A DNA stretch of 63,109 nucleotides, filler included, from Asterionella formosa (GCA_002256025.1; 23 parts of 23 records of this genome joined end to end with filler, not necessarily neighbours in it), one strand, 5' to 3'. Positions 1 to 12,875 are shown, numbered from the whole stretch's first letter. The notes: generated by a model not told the origin, from the sequence alone. Numbers and translations: made by a program.

Positions 1-995
1 ATTCAGATAATATATAGACATGTTCAACTACGTATTTTGATGTATTCAACTAATTCATGTGATGCATTCAAAATCAACTAGGCTTATTTACGTGATGGTC
101 ACTTCACGTAATACGCGGCTTAGATGTAGTAGTTATAGTCATTAACTGACTTCTTGATGGTGTGAGAAGTAATGCTCCCTCCCTTGGCTTAAAACTTGCC
201 CTTGGCCTGAGCCTTCTTGGTAAACTTTCCTTTGCCACCCATGATGTGCCTTGTGCAACTTCTTCAGACTCTGGATGGTCTGGTACCCTCAGATCTTGTC
301 TTTGGACTCTCAACGGTCCACCTGTTGTTGATTGTAATATACGGCTCTCTCTGGCCGGCTAATTCTACTAAAACTGTTGAAATTGCGTCCCAAAGCACTC
401 TTTTGCTTTCTTGTATCCTGTAAGGACATGTCAGGGACCAAATAGGCTGTAAATATGAACAACGATGTTGCAGTAATCGATTGTAATCGTTCCTAAGAGT
501 TTTAGTAGAATTATGGGTTTTACTGGTGATGTAGATTGTTTTCGAATTCTGAGTTTTCTCTGGTACCATATTCTTTTTGATTCATCATTCAATTCAATAT
601 GTAGTAGGCAATTTATAATGGGATTTTCTTTCCTAAAATAATTTCTCCAACAGATGGTACCTGGTACCACTTTATATATATATGTGTTATATAATTTCGG
701 AGACTTCAGGAAATTCTATGCATTTCCTGACATTTCCTTACGTTTCCTGAAAGTCATAGTCATTTCCTGAAATTCATAGGTATTTACTGAAAGTCATATT
801 GCTTTCCCGAACAACAGGAATAGTTACATGATGTGTGCTCTCGTTTTTACAATTACAAGAATTCCGCTATTTATTTCGCTGAGTCGTGCTAAGAATAGAA
901 GATGTTCTTTATATGTCATGTATAATAAATTGTGTTGCTATCCTGTAACACGTTGTCCGTTTCAGGAAAATGACCGCAACCTGCTGGTGCAACAA

Positions 996-1084
996 CACGA
1001 TGCGGTCATTTAGCTTAAATAAACAATTCGATATGGGATAAAGAGAACTAAATCCTTAGTTAAGCAAAATTACCACAACGTGCC
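996..1084 (-). mobile_element. ~85-bp MITE-like repeat (GTTGCGGTCATTT...AAAATGACCGCAAC family), copy A
   Basis: Reverse complement matches the copies at 28627-28699, 32259-32347 and 41021-41112. Ends are imperfect inverted repeats. A further lone end (GAAAATGACCGCAACCTGCTGGT) lies at 966-988. Confidence 0.6.
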
Positions 1085-1134
1085 GGTATGTCACATCGTT
1101 GCAATGATCATTCGTATCCACTGCGATAGATCTC

Positions 1135-1947
1135 ATGCCCTCTCTCAGCTACCATAGTCGACGTGCATTGGCTCATCTCAAGGCACTGGCTCCTACTGAT
1201 GGTTGGTCCGTGGAAGTTCTTTTGAACGAAGTGCGGCTCTTACGTCGGAATGTTCCTCTGACAGACAATTACTTTCTGGATCTATACGTTGAGCCTACTG
1301 CTGGCCGAACCGTCGGAATCCTATCCACCGCCACTGGACAAGGACAAGTACTTGTGGATGCGTCTGGAAAACCAACGGGACGGTATTTGCAAATCATTTC
1401 CTGTCCCTCCTACCATGAAGAACAAAATCATGAACGAGGTGGGACAATGGAGGGTCCAGGTCTTGCATCCACCACCACGACTCCACTGTCGGACGAGGAC
1501 AACAAAGCCCTGATTCTATACGCGGCGTATGCAGTGGGAGCGGCGATTGCCGTTCGATTGGTCCTTCAAGCCGCGTTCATCTTTTATTTATTGGCACTTC
1601 CTATTCTCTATTCCTATGCCCACCAAACTTGTCCCCCCGACGAATCCTTTGATGCCAAACAACAGTTGAAACGTGTCTTGCGAGGACATCATTTGCCGGA
1701 CGATCATCCGGACAAGCCCAAAGGGTTCCTACAAAGTACCATGGCGAAATGGTCAGCCACAATTACGACTGAACTTTCTACCTCCTTGGGGTATGAGGTA
1801 GACATGACGCATGTCCTTGGTGTCCTTACGTTGGCACGGGTGACTGTACCGGCCGTGAATCGAACTTTTGTATGGATGGGAGTGACTCACAATTGGCGAT
1901 ATGTCTATTGCCAAGAATTGGAGCCGACAGCAAATGCAGCTAGGTAG
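1135..1947 (+). CDS. Hypothetical membrane protein, 270 aa
   Basis: Long ATG-initiated ORF, GC- and CpG-richer than its flanks. Hydrophobic stretch ALILYAAYAVGAAIAVRLVLQAAFIFYLLALPILY followed by a soluble domain (FDAKQQLKRVLRGHHLPDDHPDKPKGF). Family not recognised. Confidence 0.7.
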   Translation: MPSLSYHSRRALAHLKALAPTDGWSVEVLLNEVRLLRRNVPLTDNYFLDLYVEPTAGRTVGILSTATGQGQVLVDASGKPTGRYLQIISCPSYHEEQNHERGGTMEGPGLASTTTTPLSDEDNKALILYAAYAVGAAIAVRLVLQAAFIFYLLALPILYSYAHQTCPPDESFDAKQQLKRVLRGHHLPDDHPDKPKGFLQSTMAKWSATITTELSTSLGYEVDMTHVLGVLTLARVTVPAVNRTFVWMGVTHNWRYVYCQELEPTANAAR

Positions 1948-2569
1948 GTAGATGCAGAACATGAGGCCCTCCGTACCATCATTTTATATTTTCCATTATT
2001 AGTACAATAATTAAGCTACAAGTACTTCTTAATTCTTGTATGATTCTTTTCATGTGGCAAGATTCCTCCTACAATTAAAATCTACAAGTAACGAAGTACC
2101 ATTATCAAGAATTCCTGCTCAGTGCTTCATTTTTACAACCATTCGCCATTCACCAATGCTGTGCAGTGTGTTTAAAAGTGACTGTGAGCAACCTGTCCTG
2201 TGCTTTGCTTCTCGATGATGAGGAGCAGAGCTTAGCCTGTTTTGGGATAGTGCCCATCCTGCAATGATTTTTGTGTTTGTTGCCTGATGCAGTAATGAGT
2301 TTTAGGCCATGGTTTTTTTGCGACGATTTTTGTGTTTGTTGCTTGATGCAGTACTGAATTTCTATGCCATGGTGGTGTTTTTGTGTTTGTTGCTTTGGTA
2401 ATGAATTATTGTATAATACTGTAGTGTTGATTCCTCCTAAAAAAATTACAGGAAGCTACAGATTGATCACATGAACACATAAATGCGCCCTCAAGCTGTG
2501 TCAGTTCATGTGGTGGCACGATTCCTCCTCCTACATGAATATAAGTCGTGAGTTTACAATTTTAATGAA

Positions 2570-2674
2570 CAGGGATTTTGGCCCAAAAATAGCATGCGTG
2601 CGGGCATTAAGGTTGCTGCATTTGAAACCCTAGGCAAAAATTAAAATATTGCTTAGGGTTGCCAAAATTCCCTG
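2570..2674. mobile_element. Small hAT-like MITE candidate
   Basis: Ends CAGGGATTTTGGC / GCCAAAATTCCCTG are inverted repeats. An internal inverted pair is AACCCTAGGCAA / TTGCTTAGGGTT. No clear 8-bp TSD. Confidence 0.35.
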
Positions 2675-3491
2675 GAATTAAGAATTTAATTAGCTATTTT
2701 TGAATGACGTTATTCCATTTGAAATATTTAAATCAGTGAAAATTTGCGAATACGTACATAGATTCCTTGTCGAAATCGCTAGATATAAATATTGCATGTG
2801 TATATTGGCTAAAAATACGATCAACAAGTATGCATGGACACTCTATACTCCGATAAACGATTTTATTTGCTATTCATTGAATCCGTTCGACATATTCAAA
2901 TCGTTAAAAATTTATATATACATGTATATAAATATTTTGATTCTACATCGCTTCATATGAGTACACCAGTACCACAATCTATACTCCGATCGACGATTAT
3001 GGGTCATGTATACAACCCGGCGGCTCGGCAAATATTTGAAAGTGCACTCAATTAACGGTACGTGTATGTCCAATGATGATCATCGAATGGTGTGCCCGTC
3101 GTGAATATAGAACCGGACTGTCAGTACACCCAAGAAAATATTACATGTTTATACAATGTGGCCGGCGTGGGTTTGCAAGACCTCGCAAACCAAACCAATC
3201 AAACAGAGGAATGTAATTCACGTTCACCAATCATATTATATATGTGGAAGCGGGCACTTACAATGGAATTTTTTGGACAGGAGATTTTAGGACTAAAAAT
3301 TCCGGCACATGACTTCCATTCCGATGATGACGTTTCCGCACTTAATAATTCTGATTCCGATATTTTGGCGACCGTAGAAAAGGCCAAATTTGTCGAGTTT
3401 TTGGACGACAATAGCTAAACGTTGGCTGGTTCTGACGGCGATTTAGATACATGGGTAACTTTCAAATAGCATCAGTATATAACTTCTGGCA

Positions 3492-3611
3492 AGAAACTGC
3501 AGAAAGGAACTTCGGTTTTTTTACTACGGTATGCCAAATAAACAGATTTCCCCCGAATTTTCGAGTCTTTTTAGCATAGTTAAAAAACCGAAGTTCCTTT
3601 CTGCAGTTTCT
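3492..3611. repeat. Perfect 30-bp inverted repeat (hairpin) with ~60-nt spacer
   Basis: AGAAACTGCAGAAAGGAACTTCGGTTTTTT at 3492-3521 and its exact reverse complement at 3582-3611. Weaker pairing (TCAGTATATA/TATATACTGA) extends outward. Confidence 0.85.
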
Positions 3612-3789
3612 GACCGGATCCTATATACTGACGATATATAGAGTGGACCTACACCCCTACTTTGTCAGAAGACTGTATGTTAGCATATGGAAAGGGTGTG
3701 TATTGGTGAAAGCTCTGTTGAGCGTTATACATATCTATTTTATACGTGAAAAGTACGTGTTTGATTAGTCTGACTGAATTTTTTTTACA

Positions 3790-4278
3790 GAACACCACAT
3801 GTTCATGACTGCTGCTACTGCAGCGGGACAGTAAATCATACTTTTAGGATCGTATAATTGTATAATTGACAACAAGATATGCTATTACTCAAACTTGGTT
3901 CTGATTTTGTATATGATAATGTAAATAGCACTGTTGGTTTTATGGTATCATATCTAGACAGCATAAAATATTGTATGTAGTGGCTGATGATTCATTTCAT
4001 TCTAGCTCGCAACACCTGATTTGAACGGGACTGTTGCTACTGCAGTGGGACAGTAAATCATCATAGTTTTAGGATCGTATGATCGTAAAACTAAAAACCA
4101 ATAGAACACCATTTGTTCAGGACTGTTGCTACTGCAGTGGGACAGTAAATCATCATAGTTTTAGGATCGTATGATCGTAAAACTAAAAACCAATAGTCGT
4201 AGTAATAAGCAAGCAACAGAACACCATATGTCCATGACTGCTGCTACTGCAGCGGGACAGTAAATGAATTTAAGATCG
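3790..4278 (+). repeat. Cluster of four imperfect direct repeats (core GACTG[CT]TGCTACTGCAG[CT]GGGACAGTAAAT)
   Basis: Copies near 3790, 4029, 4105 and 4219. The middle two share a ~75-bp identical extension. Confidence 0.8.
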
Positions 4279-6571
4279 TCAAGCTTTAAGGAAGACAACG
4301 ACAACAGTTATCAAGTAGTACAATGTCTTCAAGAAACCATAAAGAGGTTCATGGAAACAAGCGACATGTGGCAAATACTGCCGGTATGGAACAAAGAAGC
4401 AAGTTCCAAAATGAGTTAACAAAGAAAAAGCGAATAGGCGATTATCCAAAGCAACCCAATCGGCGATTGGGAGACGTTGGGGGTAATACCCCATCGTGAA
4501 TGGGGACACCATCAGCTACTAGTACAAAGGATCCCGTAATTGATACTGACAGCGATGATAACGTTTCTACTTCAGTTTTTGATACAAGAAAATTGGCTCC
4601 TGTTGATGTTACTATTAATAACTCTCGGATGCAGATAGACGACATGGTACCATATCATAAATATTCTAATCGCACGGACCAAATATTACATAAAAACTGA
4701 GGGAAAAACATTTTGCACATGCCAAAGGATATTATCAATTGGTCAATGAACTCAATCACTACAAAGTTGCGTTGTAATTCGATTAAAAACTCGTCCATAC
4801 GAGGTTATCAAGAATCTTCAATTTCAACAGCCTTATCAGAACGTCGTTCCCGCTTTGCTAAAATTGAACCGAACTATCAATTGTAACAAAGGTTGTGAGT
4901 ATAATTTTCAAGACCAAGAAGTTTTGCTGTGAACATGTAAGTTTGAGTTTATAGTTCGCGAATTGCAGGTACTGTAAAAAGGAATATCAATCTAATGTGC
5001 TTTTTTCTGGTTCCAAAAGAGAATCAAACATCCCGCCCTGCCTATCTGGTCCAAGTAGTATGAAAGGCATTTCCAATCACAAACAGGATTGGTTTGCCCA
5101 ATGTTGCCTAACTCGGCTATACAAATGAAACCAGAGTTAGGCAAAGAATTGGAGAGTGACCCAGAGTTTGCCGATTTCATATGGAATGGTTCTGATGCAC
5201 TACTTCCGATGAATCAGACCATTGAACGTACCAACAAGGCACGTTTGGATTATATCAAATCAACGTTTGGTGGCATGCGGCCTGCATCAAAAAGTTGAGA
5301 GAATGTCAGAATGTATTGAATAATCAATTTAAAGGAATCTTAGGTAAGCAAGTTCTTGCAGGCTGGGAGATGCTCTGAAAGCATGATATTTGAGTTGGTG
5401 ATTATATTCTTATCAAATATGTTTGAATTAAAAATGCTAGCATAATTCATGACACACCAGCTGGTCTAACAGAATATAGCTTCCAGACTATGGATATTGA
5501 TGACTTGCTTTATTAGGTCGGCGTTCACGCTTTATCGTTTTGCGCAGTCAAAGGACATTGATAGGGGAAGCCAAGGATACCAAGTCTGGCGTGATGTTCT
5601 TGCTCCAGTGTATTTTATAGGCAGGACAAGCCGTGGAGAAACATTTTTAACAGGAGACAAATCTGGTGTGACCACGCCAAATTTCAACTAAGTCTTCGGG
5701 CACAATGTGAATTGCAATCACGTTTTGTTGGTTTGCTGATCAATGCCAGTACAGAAGCCTTTTGCTTCTTGGTGCTGAAAGGAAAATTCCAATTGCAACA
5801 AAAATATATGGGTTTCAATCCAGATACGCAGGAAATTTCAGAGAAGGAACGATATTCGTCATTCTTCTGATTTTGTCGACATTGATGGGAAACCAGTTAT
5901 CAAAAAATGTGTGAGGGAAGGAAGTTCAGTTTCGAATGGTCTCACTGATCAATGGACTGATGATGTTGATTTACTCGGTTATTATAAAGAAATCTACACT
6001 GGATGTTCACAAAAGAATCGATCTGAATATGGAAGGAATCTTAGTGGAATTGCTACTTCCACAACAAATATCATCTACCCCCGCTCATACTTCTCATTTC
6101 CCAATGTAAGTGAAGAGGATATGCATCAATATGTTGAACCACTTCAACCAAATGTTCCTGAGAAGAATATTGATTACAATGAGCGCAATAATCAACGGGA
6201 CATTAATGATGACGTTGATTTTGAATGGATCTAATAGAATCCAATGCATGCTTAGTAGTTACATAATAAATATAGTTAGTGTGAGACTTCTACAATGCAC
6301 AAACCATATCATAGATGTTGTTAGGAAAACATTGATGTTGCTCTATACTACTAGTAGTGGCGCCTGCACTGTATGTAGCGGTATACCTCCATTTTTACTA
6401 CTATGGTGGAGTAAAAATTTCACGACTCTGTTTTGTCCAGCACAGCATGATCGGAGTGATGCTAAATTTATTATTAATACTTCATTTCATTCTATCCTGT
6501 TCATATCCGAAGAAGTTAATGACAGTGTAACTGCTGCAGCATTTAGGGAGAGGAGACAACAAGAAAAGATC

Positions 6572-8320
6572 ATGTGTCCTTTCCTTGAATCAAGTGGCCA
6601 CAATAATCCATTTCATGACGACAGCGACAATTCAGTTTATAACAATATTCAGTCACAACAAGACGAACAATTGAGACTAAAAACTCTCCAAGGATTGAAT
6701 TCAGATACCATGCAATATTTAGATTTTCAAGAACATACCGGCTTTCTCCCTGAAAATGCAATGGAGATGAACCTTCCTCGTCAATTTCAACTTCCAAGTA
6801 AACATTCCCTAAACATGCATCCAATCGAATTAGAACTTATGTTATTCCTTAACGAGGATGACCCACTTTCCACCAGTATACTTTGATTATCTAATGAAAT
6901 GGCTGTTCAAGGCAAAAGCAATGAAATATTTTGATGGAAGGTATCAAGCTCCATCCTACCAGACTTTGAAAAAACGCATGGATATTTCATTTCCACCAAC
7001 ATTAGCTGGTGGTCAACTGTTGAACAAACAAATACAGATTGATAACAATTCAAACATGATCATCCCACGCACACTTCATTATTTCGAACCAGTACAGCTC
7101 ATGGAAGGTTAGTTAAGTGATTCCGATATCATGCAACATTTTGTATGTCACCCACAAGTGAAACTTACAACTTGTGGAGAACGCATCTATGACGAAGTAA
7201 CTTCCGCGACTTGGTTTGAAAATGCATTCAACAATTCTCTTGCATCAGAAAATGGATTGTTGAAGACAGGGTGTTTATTTGTTGCCCTAGGAATTTTCAG
7301 TGATGGTTCACCTCTTGATAAACAAATGAAACATTCCGAGCATCCGTTTTTGTTGACAATGTTAAACTTAACGTTAGAAGGAATGAAAAAAGTTGATTGA
7401 TGGCAATTGGCATCTCTTTTGCCAGACCCTCACATTGAAGTCAGTGATCTGGAGAAACAAATGAATAATAAGTTATCTGGTGACGACTTGTCTTTGTGTC
7501 GACTCAAATTGTACCATTCTGTTACATGATTTCTATTGTCGCCTTTCAAAGAGCGATCCGAACAAGTCATACGATATTTGGGTTCATGGTCTTGGTATGA
7601 CAAAAGTTTATTTCCAGATTGGAATGATCATTGGTGATACAGAAGAGCACAACAAAATCTGTGGTAACAGGGGTGGTAATGGATTATATCGACGATATGT
7701 TTGTCGTGATTGCCTGGTTTCAACTGAAGATGCTGATAATCCCGATATTGGATGTGAACGTTGTAAAGTGTCAGATGTTAAAAAGGTTTTAAACAAATTT
7801 CTTGACAAAAATGCATATCCCGATGGAAAATTACCATGTATCCCACCTAAGTATTGTGTCTCCCAATCTAATGGCAAATACGCAACAGCAAACAAATGTT
7901 GTCATGTTATATCGCATAATCCTATTATGCCTGCACTAATAAATCATTTTTTGGTGGTGACTTAAAAGGATTATTTGGTGCAACTCCGTTTGAGGTTCTT
8001 CATCAATTACTACTTGGAATATTTAAGTACATTTTAAAATTTAAGTACATTTTAAAATCATTGTACAATCATCGGACTATCCCTGAAGAATGGACATGTT
8101 CTTTTAAAGAAAGAAAATCACCAGGTATTCCAGAGAACATCTCCGATCAGAAACGTATCACTGAAACAACAGACTATGCTTTTCTTGATCAAGAGCAACC
8201 GAAGAAACAGGCAAAGACCAAAAAGGACACACGCAACAGTTACCAAAAATCAAGACCCAACACTTGTACCAGCACCAGAAATGTAGCTATTTTCGAAACA
8301 ACACTTCGTCATATCAATAT
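6572..8320 (+). mobile_element. Degenerate Plavaka-like (CACTA/Mirage-related) DNA transposase pseudogene, 3'-truncated
   Basis: Ordered motifs run across stops and frameshifts: IYDEVTSATWF, LGIFSDGSPLDK..SEHPFLLTMLNL, MIIGDTEEHNKICG, CRDC, and (7972-8031) LFGATPFEVLHQLLLGIFKY. This order and content match Plavaka-type transposases. Confidence 0.65.
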
Positions 8321-11300
8321 ATAATGCCTCTCAAAACCATGAGGTACCTCCATATAAATTGATTCTCCATTAGCAAATTCTCCTTTGAGAAATGCACCTT
8401 GAACATCCAATAATTCAGCATACAGCCTTCCCATTGTTACCATCAAAATGAGTACAATTCTAATTGTAATTTCATTTGTGACTGGAGCTGATTTTGTATT
8501 CTTGTCACAATGAATACCATCTACTTGTTCAAATCCTCTTGCATTCAGCCTAGCTCGATATTTTCCGCTTGCTTTCTTCTTCATTGCCCACGTTGAAGTC
8601 AGTACTTTTGAATTACTTGGAATCTTTGCTCTGTCAATAGGTTTCCAAACATTATTGTTCACCATACGATCATGTTCTTCATCTACCGCAACTTTCCATG
8701 CAGCCTCATCCTTTGTCTTCATTGCTGCATCATATTTCATCACATGTAGTTCTGCTGTGTTTTCAAATCCACCACCAAGTCCAGCACCTACAAATCCAAA
8801 TTCATGTGCATCACTGTGAACTTCTTCTAATTCTTTCATTGCTTCATAATAATTCACTTCTGCATCAGTCAAACAAATCTGATAGTCGCTCACAAAAGCA
8901 CCCATTTCTTCAATCAGTCTTGATGGATTTTTAATGCGCCTTCCAGTCCTTGTCACCACTTGTGTTTCTGTATTTGGACTTTCAGCTGCTTCACCACCAG
9001 TGTCATTATCATCATCTTGTGGTAGCTGGTCTTCTTGCTATCATTATCATCTAATCCCTCCCCAACTTTAATGGTAGGTTCTTTTTCAACTTCATAATCA
9101 TCATCAATCACAGGTGCAATTGCCAGATCCTGATTGATGATTGGCTTCTCAAAATACATTCGGCGCAACCAAATGATATCTTGTGTTTCAAGCACTCAAT
9201 TTGTATTTTTGTCCAACATTCTGTATGTATCTCCAGCATGGTTCAGAGCGTATCCCACCATCATACAATGTACACCTCTGTCTTTCACCTTTGTGTTCAT
9301 ATTTGATTTAATAGTGACTGTTCCAGCTTCTCCCCACACCCTCAAATGTGCAGTAAAATCTGGGTTCTTGCTACACCAATGTTCATATCTTGTTGCTTCT
9401 TTTCCATCAATTGTTATTACAACTAAACCATCCAACAATGTTGCTGTTTTAAATGCTTCTTTGAACAGTTTGTACCTATCAGCCAATGGTACATTTGCTC
9501 TGTGCATCATAGCACAACCACGGTTTGCAATTACTGCAAAACCCAACTCAGCCAAATGGTTACATTGCGGAGTGGCTCTTCCTGTAAATTCAAACTGCAC
9601 ATTTAACTTCCAATCACTGCTATCTGCACGAATCTTAAGCAGTTGGTTCTCTCCTGAATTATCGAGCCTTATGAACTTCACTGGTATTCCACTTGCCTTC
9701 CATTTAAACAGCTGCTCACACATTGGTTCAACCATTCCATTCTTTGTCTCAAAAAATCTGTGAATTTTATTTGAGTCCTTTCATCTACCATAATTCTCCA
9801 ATCTACTCGAGTTACTTTCATGCCTTTATAATTGTCATTGTCCTGTCTTTTCACTGTTGCAATGTCCAAATAAATTCGTTCATTGTTTTCTTTTGCTTCT
9901 TCATGTTCACTTTCCTTGGGAACATTCTTTTGCTTTGCCTTACCTGCAGAGCAAGCTTCAGATGGTCTCATGCCACCTACAGTCAAGTTCCAGCCAAAAT
10001 AGCTTTGGCTGTCTTCCTTGCCATATCTTCATTTACATGTCCAAGTTTATCATGTATTTCTCTAATAGATAATTTGGCACCACAATCTGCGCCTGCACCA
10101 GCAACTTCTGTCACCGCCCTCTTCATGTACATGGCATACAACAGACCCTTTGGAGTTGGAATTTTGATGTCAAATGTCATTGTTTTATCATTCATTTTCA
10201 ACACAATTGCATCATCATCACCACTTAAATTCCATCCCCTTTTTCATCATTTTTGTCAAACTGAATAAATTGTATTTGCCCATAGGCAACAAAGTTACAT
10301 CTTGCATGGTTGCTTTGGCAATTTCAACTCCATGCATGTCACACATGACACCATTAATATTTGCTATCTGAACAGCTTTTTCACTTATCCCATTGCCCAT
10401 TGTGATAGCGTCTGACTTTTCTGCATCACATATATTGGTCATACCATCCATGTGTGGTAGTATTGTGGACTGTTGCAGCAGTATCTGCAATCCACACATT
10501 TGGATCCATCAATATTGCTTGGTCAGCAGGAAATGTCATTCCACACAATAGAAATTCAACTCTTGATCCATTTGATCAACTGCCAATGCTGCACAGTTTC
10601 TGCACTTCTGGACTTAAAACCCTCTGGCCTTTTATGTTTTTTTTCTTCCTTCTCCCAACAATTTGATTCTTTGTGCCCACCTTTTCCACAGTTGTTACAT
10701 TTTCCATTGAACTTATCACCATTTCCTTTTTAGGTCTTGTTCCTTTTCCATCTTTATGTTCTTTATCTGCACTTGGGGTTTTCCGTTGTCTCCAGAATTG
10801 ATTCATCGCAGTCTCTAAATCATTTAAGGTATCTCACCGTGAAGTCTCTGTTCCGATGTAAGTACTGCATGGTATTCTTCTGGTGCTGCATCAACAAGTA
10901 TGAAACCAATCAAATCACCTTCCCCTGGATTCTCAATACTTCTCACTTGCTCAAACAATATAGCAGGGTCTTGGTTTTTCTTCATGGCCACTTTATTGAT
11001 TTTCTGCCTGAGCTCAACTCTTGTAATTGTGTCTTGAGGTTGATACTTCTTGTTCAGAGCTTCCATTACCAATAAGCAAGCCCACCTGTCTTGAGGTCGA
11101 TACTTCTTGTTCAGAGCTTCCATACCAATAAAAGCCCACCTGGCAACTCTGGAGTCATTGCCTTGTACACCAATCCCATTGTTCCTTCAGATGTGAAAGC
11201 CATGGACAAATTAGCCATATAGCTACACCATTTCTCCTGATGGCCAATGCTTTCAACCTGCCATCATCAGTTAGCTGTTTCATCAATCAACTCATCTTTC

Positions 11301-11803
11301 TTCTCTTGCTGGCATCATAGCCTGTGGAGCCTCAGCAAATCTGCTAACCAAGTGGCAAATGCTCTAAATCGAGTTCCACATTTGAAATTTCTTGTGGTCT
11401 CCATCAAACATTGGCACTCATCTTGTCACTATCCTTGGATCCATCCATTGTGACTTACAAACTTTTGTTTTCTTTCTTTCACTGACAATATCAGCCCTGG
11501 GTCCCTTACCTTTAATACTTCGAAGTATGTTGAAGGGCTCCAAAGACAGATTACTCAAGTCATGTTTTCTCAGATTGTGAACTAATTGTAATTGTGTATC
11601 TAAACTATCATCTTGCCAACTGACTGGTCCTGCCAAACTTAATACTGTCAAATTCAATCTTACCAAATACAATTCAAGACTTCCTTCCCGCTTCCAACTA
11701 ATTTTGATCCCACTGTCATTCCCATGAAACAATTCACGACTTGACTCATCAGACTCTCAACGTCACCCGGAGTCTTTAGAATCCTGTCCAGTGTTGTGAA
11801 ACA
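8321..11803 (-). mobile_element. Ty1/Copia LTR retrotransposon (5' LTR, gag, PR, IN, partial RT); degenerate, 3'-truncated
   Basis: Copia domain order on the minus strand: gag (~11440-10650), protease region (ITMGNG), integrase (HDKLGH, IYLDIAT, IRLDNSGEN, TPQCNHLAELGF) and RT (WKVAVDEEH, YRARLNARGFEQVDG, LLDVQGAFLKG, IYMEVPHGFE). Many frameshifts. RT stops before the YVDD motif. Confidence 0.92.
11511..11803 (-). repeat. Putative 5' LTR of the Copia element, followed by PBS at 11510-11497
   Basis: Minus strand begins TGTTTCACAAC and ends ...TATTAAA, directly followed by GGTAAGGGACCCAG. That resembles the GGTTATGGGCCCAG half-tRNA-iMet PBS of copia. No second LTR is present to confirm the boundaries. 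Confidence 0.55.
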
Positions 11804-12020
11804 ATGTTTCCTGCAAAATAGGGTTCTATCTGCTGCTTTTGTGAGAACCCTAAAGCTATACATATATTTTTCAACCGACCTTTTCCCAAACGCGGCGACC
11901 GAGGCTTTCCTGCGTAGGGATGGCAATGCTTTTGTTTTAGCTGAGCGTTTTCCAGGCCCTCCGCTTCGAATTCTGTTGTCCATATTATTTAATGTTGCAG
12001 AACCATGTACATATAAGATA

Positions 12021-12162
12021 TATCTAGGTACCAGGACTTTTGACAGTGATCCTCCTGCCTTTGGATTAAGAAATCCTCTTCAGCTTTTGGATATCTAGGT
12101 ACCAGGACTTTTGACAGTGATCCTCCTGCCTTTGGATTAAGAAATCCTCTTCAGCTTTTGGA
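12021..12162 (+). repeat. 71-bp perfect tandem duplication
   Basis: TATCTAGGTACCAGGACTTTTGACAGTG...CAGCTTTTGGA starts at 12021 and again at 12092. Confidence 0.9.
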
Positions 12163-12677
12163 AATCTACTCAAGACTTTTCGGACTGCAATACAGCTTTA
12201 AGTCTGCTTCTTTCTTTCCCTTCTTGCCTCCTTTGAGGTATATATATCACGAGTTCTATTTCTAATTCTTTGCGTCGGAGTGGAATGGATTGTTTCTGGA
12301 TTGTCATAAATGGATTGTCATAAATAAGGTTTGACTCACTACTTTTCTTATTTGGTAAGCTGTGCGTGCCATACTTCTGCCATTGCCTGTGTGTCCCCAA
12401 TTGAAATGCCCGCTATGAGGCGAACTCCTTCCATTACGTCACCCTTTTCGATTTTGAATGGGTGCATCTTACAACGTCTTTTCCAATATTGGTCTACATA
12501 GGGTTAGGGTTAGGGTAATCCCGGAGTTGCTTGGACCACGAATATTGCCCACCTGGCTTTTACAATGCCTTTTCACCTATTTGGATGCTCTGCCAATGTC
12601 TCTGTCCAGTTTTTCTCATTTCTTTTGGACGTCCTCTCTTGGTGCGGTCATATTGTCAAGAGCATTAATGCGTTCCC

Positions 12678-12875
12678 CTATTTTGTGGACTCGCCAGTAC
12701 TTCTTCACCGCCAGTATATATTTGCTACATTCCGCTGGGTTTATCAACTTGAGTGTCCTGTTTTTGAATGTAATTATATCCCTATTTTGTGGACTCGCCA
12801 GTACTTCTTCACCTCCATTATATATTTTCTAAGTTCCGCTGGGTTGATCAACATGAGTGTCCTGTTTTTGAATGT
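12678..12875 (+). repeat. ~103-bp imperfect tandem duplication
   Basis: CCTATTTTGTGGACTCGCCAGTACTTCTTCACC...GAGTGTCCTGTTTTTGAATGT occurs at ~12678 and ~12781. Confidence 0.8.

Noticed and set aside
104..670. Short minus-strand ORFs at the window start
   Set aside because: Fragmented with no recognisable motif. Cannot support a call.
3790..4278. CRISPR-like repeat cluster
   Set aside because: Irregular spacing, spacers partly duplicated, variable repeats, no cas genes and a eukaryotic context.
9134..11075. Plus-strand ORFs of 110-210 aa
   Set aside because: Antisense shadows of the minus-strand Copia pol/gag.
12499..12515. TTAGGG telomere-like repeat
   Set aside because: Fewer than three full units and internal. 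Not distinguishable from chance or a trivial interstitial remnant.
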